Source: a virus
Taxonomy: Duplodnaviria > Caudoviricetes
Virus record (IMG/VR): IMGVR_UViG_3300025637_000028
Coordinates: 1 to 38,489 of that record
DNA: 38,489 nt
Reading direction: 5' to 3' (one strand)
Shown here: in pieces, positions 17,032-24,932 of the stretch
How the letters are laid out: each line of letters opens with the position of its first letter
Position numbering within the stretch: position 1 is the stretch's first letter
The notes under the pieces: generated by a model
The model's database searches: none
What the model saw: the letters and a program-made list of their open reading frames with translations, nothing else
Told to the model about the DNA's origin: nothing
Position numbers and translations under genes: made by a program

Positions 17032-18000
17032 ATGCCGATATTCATTGGCGGCACCCAAATTAATGACATAAGAATCGGTAGCACGGAGATCAACTCTGTG
17101 TGGGTTGGCGGTACTCAGGTTTGGGTTAGATCATTGATTGATCCTGAAACTGGGTGGAACGACACAAGCGGAATTTCAACGTCAGAAGAGGGTGCGAACC
17201 TAACTAACGGTGTGACGATGACCCAAGATGCCACGTTGAAGGTGACTATTTCTGGCTCTTCGTCAGGACAGTTCAACTTTGCGGCAATGGATGTGAAACT
17301 CTCATCTTCCTCAAACTGGCCTGGGTCGGGGACTAGTCCACATAAATGGGGGTATCAAGGTTCAAGTTTTGGAACTCAAAAAACAATAAATGTTTTCGCG
17401 GGTAACGTAATCCGTTTTTACGGCTGGATAGCGCAGAGCGGTACGGGAATCGATGTCACAGCGACAATAAGAGATGGGTCTGATAATTCAGTCATCGATA
17501 CCGTAACTATCGACCACTTTGACAGTGTAAGCGGTTCCAGCGGTTGTTTCCTCGCTGACAGCATGGTCATGCTTGAAGACCTCACCTCAAAGCGCATAGC
17601 TGATATCGATGCGGGCGACATGGTAATTGGCGATAGCGGTGTGATTAACGAGGTCGTGCAGCTACGGGTTCAAGATCAAACGGAAAGAATGATTTTCAAC
17701 ATCAATGGCTTACAGACCACAGAATCTCATCCGATTAAAACATCTGAAGGCTGGAAAGCTATAAGCCCAGAATCTGCAATGGCTATCCACCCCGAAATGA
17801 CGATTACTCAGTTGGCCGTTGGCGACAGCTTGACCCGCGTTAACGCGCAGGGCGTTGAATATGCGGATGAGGTTACGAGCATTACCGCAGAGATTATGGA
17901 CGTACAGGTATACAACCTAAACGTGTCTGGCAACGACACCCCAGACATAACTGGTAACGACACATATGTTGTCGATAACGTAGTGGTGCATAACAAGTAA
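17032..18000 (+). CDS. Fibre tip/adhesin-like protein with C-terminal Hint (intein-like) domain
   Basis: N-terminal IGGTQINDIRIGSTEINSVWVGGTQVW repeats; Hint block A CFLADSMV (Cys172), block B TESHP, block F VYNLNV, terminal VVVHNK. Confidence 0.88.
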   Translation: MPIFIGGTQINDIRIGSTEINSVWVGGTQVWVRSLIDPETGWNDTSGISTSEEGANLTNGVTMTQDATLKVTISGSSSGQFNFAAMDVKLSSSSNWPGSGTSPHKWGYQGSSFGTQKTINVFAGNVIRFYGWIAQSGTGIDVTATIRDGSDNSVIDTVTIDHFDSVSGSSGCFLADSMVMLEDLTSKRIADIDAGDMVIGDSGVINEVVQLRVQDQTERMIFNINGLQTTESHPIKTSEGWKAISPESAMAIHPEMTITQLAVGDSLTRVNAQGVEYADEVTSITAEIMDVQVYNLNVSGNDTPDITGNDTYVVDNVVVHNK

Positions 18001-19556
18001 TGGCATATATCCCTCTAAGGCAGATAGGTTCTGGCGGTTTAGTGACCGACCAAGACCCATACGATTTGGAACTTACACAGTTTCCGTCCGGTAATAACGT
18101 GTCTTTTCACGAAGGACGGTTAGGCAAATCCCTGGGGCATTCCGAAAAAACCACAACACCTGTTGCGCCTACGCATGTTCAGGGTTGGCTTTACGCAGGC
18201 AGCAACACCCTGGTCATAGGCTCGCTGCAAAAGCTTTACCGCTTTGATGGTAGCACCATGACAAATGTCACGAAGACATCAGACTCAACAAACTACAGTA
18301 ACTCCCCTCGCTGGCAGTCTGAGCAGCTTGGTGTTGCGGTGATGTTTAACAACGGCGCACAAGCCCCGCAGTACATGTTGCCAAACGGCACTAGGTTTGC
18401 CGACCTCCCCGCGTGGCCCTCTGGCGTGATAACCAGCAATATGAAACCATACAAGTCTTTCTTGATTATGGCTGGCTACGAGCAGGGTTCTAACAAGTAC
18501 CCGTACACCGTCAGATGGTCAGATGCGTATGACCCAACATCTGTGCCTACTGATTACAACATCGCATCTACAACTAACCTAGCCGGAGAGAATGTACTGT
18601 CCGGTAACAATGGTGAACTTGTCGATCAACTGACGTTGAACAACACGCAGATCATTTACGCAGAGCGTGGCGTTTTTGCTATGGACTTTGTCGGCGCACC
18701 TTTTGTGTTTAGTTTCCGAGAAGTGTTTGCAGATGACGGAATCATTAACAGAGGTGCGGTAGCGTCTTTCTTCAACAAACACCTGGTGGTTGGACACAAT
18801 GACGTATACATCCACGACGGCAACCAGAAAAGATCAATTGTAGACAAGCGGGTTCGTCAAACTTTCTTCAACGATATCGCAGACACTCGCAGCGTTTATT
18901 GCCAGACTATTAACGACAGATCGGAAGTGATGATTTGTTACGCAGATTCAGATGCGGCAGATAGTCAGACAGCTAACCGCGCACTTGTTTACAACTGGGC
19001 GCAGGACGCATTCACTTTTATCGACCTACCTAATCTACGAGCCTTGGCGGTATCGGAGGCACTTAACCCCGAAGGCGGCTGGGATGATGCAGTTGGAACC
19101 TGGGGTCAGTCCTCTGACTTTTGGTCTAACTCATCTCTGACCACTGAGGCAAGCAGCCTTACGATCTTTGGGGCTGGCTATCAGGCGTCACGAATTTTTG
19201 AGTTGAACAAAACTCACGGGGCAGCAGGCAATGCGGTTAGCTCTTTTGTAGAGGCTACAAAAATAGATTTAGACTCTGTAATCCAAAAAGCCACGAATAA
19301 CATTAAACAGATCAACGGCATTATGCCGCAGATAGAGGGCCAGGGATTTGTCAACATATCCGTTGGTGTTTCTAATTCACCACAGGATGGTGTCGCCTGG
19401 CAGTCCACAACGCAGTATAATATTGAGGCAGACCATAAGATAGATGTTAGGGCGTCTGGCCGCTATTTTGCTCTGAGAATAGAAAGCCAAAGTGCATCGG
19501 ACTACTGGCGCGTGACTGGTCTCGATATCGATATTAATGAGGTTGCTAGTCGATGA
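18000..19556 (+). CDS. Tail hub / stabilisation protein (P22 gp10-like, beta-propeller-rich)
   Basis: 518 aa, beta-rich, TVRWSD motif, C-terminal DVRASGRYFALRIES; position before the ejection genes. Confidence 0.75.
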   Translation: MAYIPLRQIGSGGLVTDQDPYDLELTQFPSGNNVSFHEGRLGKSLGHSEKTTTPVAPTHVQGWLYAGSNTLVIGSLQKLYRFDGSTMTNVTKTSDSTNYSNSPRWQSEQLGVAVMFNNGAQAPQYMLPNGTRFADLPAWPSGVITSNMKPYKSFLIMAGYEQGSNKYPYTVRWSDAYDPTSVPTDYNIASTTNLAGENVLSGNNGELVDQLTLNNTQIIYAERGVFAMDFVGAPFVFSFREVFADDGIINRGAVASFFNKHLVVGHNDVYIHDGNQKRSIVDKRVRQTFFNDIADTRSVYCQTINDRSEVMICYADSDAADSQTANRALVYNWAQDAFTFIDLPNLRALAVSEALNPEGGWDDAVGTWGQSSDFWSNSSLTTEASSLTIFGAGYQASRIFELNKTHGAAGNAVSSFVEATKIDLDSVIQKATNNIKQINGIMPQIEGQGFVNISVGVSNSPQDGVAWQSTTQYNIEADHKIDVRASGRYFALRIESQSASDYWRVTGLDIDINEVASR

Positions 19557-19804
19557 GTTTTATACCAACAAACTCACAGGCGACAACCGTACCGGATTTG
19601 CGAACATGGATTAGCAACGAACTCATACGAGTCTCAAATGCTTTCACAACTTCATCGCAAACAACCACCTTACCCGTTTTAACAGCCGCACCTACGAAGC
19701 CGCAGATTGGGCAAATCGTATTTGCAGATGGCACATCTTGGAATCCAAACAATGGCCGTGGTCTTTATTACTACGACACCGGCGGTTGGGTAAAAATAGC
19801 ATAG
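19553..19804 (+). CDS. Small tail-associated protein
   Basis: 83 aa: LRTWISNELIRVS helix plus APTKP..GQIVFADG..WNP..GRGLYYY....W knob. Confidence 0.75.
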   Translation: MSFIPTNSQATTVPDLRTWISNELIRVSNAFTTSSQTTTLPVLTAAPTKPQIGQIVFADGTSWNPNNGRGLYYYDTGGWVKIA

Positions 19805-19816
19805 GAAACAATTATC

Positions 19817-21055
19817 ATGTTTGGTTTTTCAGGTTCAAAAAGCAAAAGTTCATCTAATAGCAGCGCGAACACATATGTTGATCGCGCACAGGCTCCGTAC
19901 TTAGCCGATATACGGAACCAGGCACGGGCGCTAAACAACCAAGGCGGTATGCCCGTTGAGGGCGTTGCTGGTCTAAACCAAACGCAACTAAATGCAATGG
20001 GCATGGCAAACCAAGGCGGCCAAATGCAGGCGGGCGCTGGCGCTAATTTGATGGCGCAAGGCAGCGGTCTGACCCAAGGCTCTGGTGCTGCGATGAATTA
20101 CGCGGGTCAGGCAATGGGCGGTAACGCGGGCCAAGGCATTGGGACGGCGTTGGGAACTGGTAACCAGTACGCGGGCGGCACGATGAATGTGAACGCTGCC
20201 CAGGGCGGCGGCGCTGATTATAATATGGCTGGGCGAATGGGTGGCATGGCTGCTCAAAGCGGCATGGCGCAGAACCAGGGAATCAACACCGGCAACCTTA
20301 ACAGCTACATGAATAACTCTGTTATTGATGGGCAGGTTGACGCCGTAAGCAGAGACATCACTCGTAACCTTCGGGAAAACGAACTGACTGGCAACGCATC
20401 TGCGGCTATCGGTGGCGGCAACATGGGTTCTTCGATGAAGCAAAAACTGGACTTCGGTGCGGGACAGAGGGCGGCAGACAGAATTGCTGACGCTTCAGCT
20501 TCTATTAGAGGCAACGCTTACAATCAAGGTCTTGGTATTGAGGCCGGTAGGGCCACACAAAACGCGCAGCTTTCTCAAGGTACTAACCAGTTTAATGCAG
20601 GCGCTCAAAATTCAGCGCAGAGCCAGGGGTACAATATCGGTGCCTCACAGTTACAAGGCAACCTTGGTCGAAGCCAGCAGGCGGCTATGGGAAATCAAGG
20701 CGCATACAACTCAGCGCGGCAGTTCGGTACAGGTGTTGGTGCAAATGCTTTCAACACCAACTTGCAGAACCAACAGTTCGGTGCCGGTATGGCTCAGAAC
20801 CTTGGAGCGCAGGGCGTGAGTAACATGCAGGCGGGTCAAGGAATGATGAACACAGGCATCGGCATGGCGGCGGGCGCTGGTGATCAGCAACGCGCATACG
20901 ATCAGCAACTGCTTGGTAATCAGTACCAACAGGGCATGGCTCCATACAACTCCCTGAATTTCTACAACAGCGTTGTGGGTGCGCCTAATAATCTCAGCAC
21001 TGCAACAGCAAGCAGCAAAGGCAGCAGCAGTTCTATTGGCATGTCTTTCGGTTAA
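19817..21055 (+). CDS. Putative ejected/internal virion protein (G/Q/A/N/M-rich)
   Basis: 412-aa low-complexity protein at the pilot-protein position; AGGA RBS. Confidence 0.7.
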   Translation: MFGFSGSKSKSSSNSSANTYVDRAQAPYLADIRNQARALNNQGGMPVEGVAGLNQTQLNAMGMANQGGQMQAGAGANLMAQGSGLTQGSGAAMNYAGQAMGGNAGQGIGTALGTGNQYAGGTMNVNAAQGGGADYNMAGRMGGMAAQSGMAQNQGINTGNLNSYMNNSVIDGQVDAVSRDITRNLRENELTGNASAAIGGGNMGSSMKQKLDFGAGQRAADRIADASASIRGNAYNQGLGIEAGRATQNAQLSQGTNQFNAGAQNSAQSQGYNIGASQLQGNLGRSQQAAMGNQGAYNSARQFGTGVGANAFNTNLQNQQFGAGMAQNLGAQGVSNMQAGQGMMNTGIGMAAGAGDQQRAYDQQLLGNQYQQGMAPYNSLNFYNSVVGAPNNLSTATASSKGSSSSIGMSFG

Positions 21056-21082
21056 TGTTAAAAATTTCAGGTAAATATAAAA

Positions 21083-22456
21083 ATGGCTAATCCATATTTT
21101 GACTCGCTTTTTGGTCGTAGCACCACGCAAGGAATGTTGGACACCTACGGCGATTATGATGAAAACGGCAACCCGTTAAATTTTGTCTCTGGCGAAATTG
21201 ATAATCTGCCTGCGATAAACAGTAACGAGGATAGCGCACCGTTTTTAAGCGGTGCAGGCTTTCAACAGCATCCCACCAACCCAAACGAAATGGTAACTCC
21301 AAGCAGATCGTTAGTTGAACATTACACTGAGAAGGCTGACAGAGAAGCTGCGAGGGTTGAAGCAGAGTATCTGAGAAAAAAAGAAAGCCCTCTTTTTAGA
21401 ATTGGCGATACTCTTGCAGATGCTGGCCGCCTGTTTATGTCGCCGCTCTTTTGGCTTAGTGGTGAAGACACCAGTAAATATGACCCCTCCGCACGTTTGG
21501 ACGCAGGTTATAAAACCGCTATGAAGGAGGCTGACGCTCTTAGGGTTGGTATGTACCAGAAGCTAGTTAACGCCCGTGACGCTAGACTTGGACGAGCGGA
21601 GACAATGTATAGCAACTCAATGACCCGTCGAAAACAAGCCTTTGATATGAATCAACCACAAAGCCCAGAGCAGAAATCGTTAAGAGAGTTTGCATTAGCT
21701 AACAATCTTCTTGATATGTACAACGATAGGACACCTGAGTCGCAGAGCCAATTGCAAAACATGTTTGACGTTCAACAGCAAAAGGCTTTCCCGATCAACG
21801 ATGGGTCTAACAGAATTATTTCAAGTGCTTTGTTTTCAAAGTTTGAAGGTTACGGCACTAATTTTAAAAAGTTGGCTGAAGGAACCGCAGAGGCTTATGG
21901 GAATTATAGTCGAATGATGACTGCTCTATCTGGGGATTTTGGCGGTGTGGGTGACGTTGCCGCAATCTTTAGTTTTATGAAATCTCTTGATCCTCGATCT
22001 GTGGTTAGAGACAGCGAGTTCCAAGTCGCAGCGAACGCAGGAGGCATTTGGGATAAAATGAAAAATCTTCAAAGTCAGTATGCGGAGGGAGCAATTCTAC
22101 CTCCACCAGTTCGTGAGCAAATGAAAAAGTACGCGACTGAGATAATGCAAACCTATGCAAAGTCATACAAGCGATACCGTAAAGACGCGATTAGTAATAT
22201 GGATATGTTGGGCTATGGTGATGAGGGAATGGTCAACAACTTCCTTGGGAAAAGTTTAGAAATACCAGAGTTTGGTTCGGAAGATCCGCGATATCCACAA
22301 GTTATAAACGAAGCGCCTCCATTGATTAGAAGACCAACCCCTGGACTCGCTGTGCCAACAGATGTTTCTGGTGGACAGGCCGGAACTTTTGATTTCACGC
22401 AGCTAGATGATTTCAGTTTAGAAGAACGCATAAAGCGGTTGGAGGCGAATCAATAA
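21083..22456 (+). CDS. Putative ejected/internal virion protein
   Basis: 457-aa helical protein; GDVAAIFSFMKSLDPRSVVRDSEF motif recalled from podophage core proteins. Confidence 0.7.
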   Translation: MANPYFDSLFGRSTTQGMLDTYGDYDENGNPLNFVSGEIDNLPAINSNEDSAPFLSGAGFQQHPTNPNEMVTPSRSLVEHYTEKADREAARVEAEYLRKKESPLFRIGDTLADAGRLFMSPLFWLSGEDTSKYDPSARLDAGYKTAMKEADALRVGMYQKLVNARDARLGRAETMYSNSMTRRKQAFDMNQPQSPEQKSLREFALANNLLDMYNDRTPESQSQLQNMFDVQQQKAFPINDGSNRIISSALFSKFEGYGTNFKKLAEGTAEAYGNYSRMMTALSGDFGGVGDVAAIFSFMKSLDPRSVVRDSEFQVAANAGGIWDKMKNLQSQYAEGAILPPPVREQMKKYATEIMQTYAKSYKRYRKDAISNMDMLGYGDEGMVNNFLGKSLEIPEFGSEDPRYPQVINEAPPLIRRPTPGLAVPTDVSGGQAGTFDFTQLDDFSLEERIKRLEANQ

Positions 22457-24465
22457 TGGACAACCTAAAACAACTTTTATCCTCAATGGATGCCGCTGCG
22501 TCTAACAACAATCACGAACTGGCTGCTGCTTACGCTGAAAAAGCGAGGCGCATGTCATCGGACTACAACCCCGCAAACACACCCCGCGACAGTCTGAGTG
22601 ACAAGGGTGCGCCGATGACCACTCGCATGTTGGTCGGTGCTTCGGATGAAGGTGATAAACTTACGAATCTCAGGAAGCACTATCCAGAAGCAATGCCTGT
22701 AGGTGATGACAACTACGCATACTTTGATCGTGAAGAGGGAAGGCCCACTATATATAACCCTGAAGGTTTTCTGCGGATGGACACAATAACAGGTGACCTC
22801 GCTGAGAACTTTGGTTTTATCCCAGAGGTTGCTGGTGGCGCATTAGCGACATTACCGGCATCAGTCAGTGGGCCAGGTGTGTTCCCAGCGGCTGGACTTG
22901 GAGCGACACTGGCTGGTGAAGGTTACGATATGGCAGTGCGCGGTGCGCTTGGCGGCACTGACTCCAGAGATTTTGGAGATCGGATGTATGACTCAACCGT
23001 TGATTTCGTTTGGAACTCGTTACCTATCCCAGAAGCACTGAAGAAAGTTGGTAGTAAAATATCTCCACCAGTGCGCGATTTTTTGTCGTCTACTAACGAT
23101 AGAATACAAGATGTTTTAAATAAGTACGATATTGCACCTACAGCGGGAGTGGTGGGTAATAAGATGATCGGTATCCTCGACGCTGTGCAGCAAAAGTCTA
23201 TGGTTACTGTTGATGCTTGGCAGAAGCGTTACGACGAGATGCTTGATGGTTTTGGTCGTATGGTTGATGACTTTCAGACTTCGCTTGGTGGTAAGCAAAC
23301 ACCAACAAGTGCTGGTATGGATTTAATTCAAAGAGGTCAAAGCTACCAAAAACAGTTTATTGACACATCGCAAACATTGTCGGATGAACTGGCTGAGATG
23401 ATCCCACCAGGGACAATGGTCAGCGCGGATGAAACTGTGACCCTTCTAAAGCAGTACGCAGATGCATTTAAAAATGATCCAGCTTTCCAAAAGCTAATAC
23501 AAAATTCGTATCCCCAGGCTTTGTCTGGCGCGTTTGAGGCTCAGAACGGTCAGCTTTCGTATGAAGCGTTGAGTGCATTGCGTACTCGCATTGGTGGGAT
23601 GCTAAAAAACAATGAGTCTATTGGCGATGTTACTCAAGGCGAGTTGAAACAAATCTACAAGGCTATGACAAAAGATAAGTTTGCAGCGGCAGATTCTATG
23701 GGCGGCGCTATCGGTGATGTGGCCCGAAAGTTTAACGACCATTATAAAGCAGGTATGGATGTTCAAGAGAAGTTTGTCGAACCTCTGATGATGAATAATG
23801 GAAGCTGGGTTGACCCCGCAGAGGCGACCAAAAGAGTTAGCGGCCTGATGAACAAACCGCAAACCGCAGCAGATTTGAGGGACTCAGGTGTTTTAGAAGA
23901 AGGCGATTTTAACGCTGTTGCGTCAAGCATGTTTGATGACATAGGCCAAGCAACTAGCCGTAACCAAAACGCCGCTGGTGACCAGTTGTCTCCGTCACGG
24001 GTGTTGACTCAATCATCAAAGATGTCAGATGAGGCTCAAGAGATATTTCTTAATCAAGACTCTAGGATTATTTTGGCTGACATGAGGACGTTTGCGGAAA
24101 GTACCCGCGATGTAGAGCGCATGGTAAACAACTCCAACTCTGGCACTCAGCTACAAGCAGGGGAGGCTCTCGCCGGTGCTGGTACAGCCGTAGCGTCTCT
24201 AGCGTCAGGTGACGTTGTTCCTGCAATTGCTGGCTCACTTTATGTGTTCACTCAGTATATGGCATCTAAGGGTATCCAGTCAGATGCTTTCACAGGTTGG
24301 CTGCGTAACGCCCCCGTTGATGCGTCAAAGGTCGCTGTTAAAAAGTGGAAAGCTGCGGGTAAAAGAATTGCCATAAACAACGGTTTTCAAAATGTGTTTG
24401 ATGCTTGGTCAGATGGTTTCGGTGACTTCAGTAAAAATGAAGGGAATGGGGTGCTAGAAGAATGA
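22456..24465 (+). CDS. Putative DNA-transfer (ejectosome) protein, P22 gp16-like position
   Basis: 669 aa, helical with two Gly/Ala-rich hydrophobic stretches; TAATG-coupled. Confidence 0.7.
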   Translation: MDNLKQLLSSMDAAASNNNHELAAAYAEKARRMSSDYNPANTPRDSLSDKGAPMTTRMLVGASDEGDKLTNLRKHYPEAMPVGDDNYAYFDREEGRPTIYNPEGFLRMDTITGDLAENFGFIPEVAGGALATLPASVSGPGVFPAAGLGATLAGEGYDMAVRGALGGTDSRDFGDRMYDSTVDFVWNSLPIPEALKKVGSKISPPVRDFLSSTNDRIQDVLNKYDIAPTAGVVGNKMIGILDAVQQKSMVTVDAWQKRYDEMLDGFGRMVDDFQTSLGGKQTPTSAGMDLIQRGQSYQKQFIDTSQTLSDELAEMIPPGTMVSADETVTLLKQYADAFKNDPAFQKLIQNSYPQALSGAFEAQNGQLSYEALSALRTRIGGMLKNNESIGDVTQGELKQIYKAMTKDKFAAADSMGGAIGDVARKFNDHYKAGMDVQEKFVEPLMMNNGSWVDPAEATKRVSGLMNKPQTAADLRDSGVLEEGDFNAVASSMFDDIGQATSRNQNAAGDQLSPSRVLTQSSKMSDEAQEIFLNQDSRIILADMRTFAESTRDVERMVNNSNSGTQLQAGEALAGAGTAVASLASGDVVPAIAGSLYVFTQYMASKGIQSDAFTGWLRNAPVDASKVAVKKWKAAGKRIAINNGFQNVFDAWSDGFGDFSKNEGNGVLEE

Positions 24466-24929
24466 GTGATTTATTAAAGTTAATAACAGGTGCCGCTGAT
24501 AAACTTGCCAACAACGTACTTACCAAGCCTCTTTTTGGTATGGACGATCCTGACAAGGAATCCAAATATCTTTTAGCTAAACATAACGAATTTAAAGAGA
24601 CTCGCCCTAGTAATTATCAAGACGCTACGGGTGGTATGCAAAGTGTTATGTCACAGGCTGGCATATCTAATCCAGTAGCTGGTCAGCTTCGCGGAGGCAC
24701 TCAAGTGTTTGACGCGATGCCTTCTCTTAGCTCGTTAACGCCTCCAGGGGCAGCGTTACCGCTGGCGCAGTCACAAGAGCAGCCAGAACAGTATCAGGCA
24801 ATAGATGCGGCTGAAGCTGACATTAACGATTACGAGAGACAGCGCCTAGAAAAACAGGCGCAGCAAAACGCAGTTCTTACAGATATGACAAGACCAGAAA
24901 GTCAAAAACCTACAACATTAGCGGAGTAA
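24462..24929 (+). CDS. Hypothetical protein, probably virion-associated
   Basis: 155 aa, ATGA-coupled within the late operon. Confidence 0.7.
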   Translation: MSDLLKLITGAADKLANNVLTKPLFGMDDPDKESKYLLAKHNEFKETRPSNYQDATGGMQSVMSQAGISNPVAGQLRGGTQVFDAMPSLSSLTPPGAALPLAQSQEQPEQYQAIDAAEADINDYERQRLEKQAQQNAVLTDMTRPESQKPTTLAE

Positions 24930-24932
24930 TTA

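Noticed and set aside
8527-18000. Diversity-generating retroelement acting on fibres
   Set aside because: No reverse transcriptase and no TR/VR pair differing only at adenines was noticed
17545-18000. Mobile selfish intein
   Set aside because: No homing endonuclease, no real C-extein and +1 residue is Lys, so it is treated as an autoprocessing Hint domain
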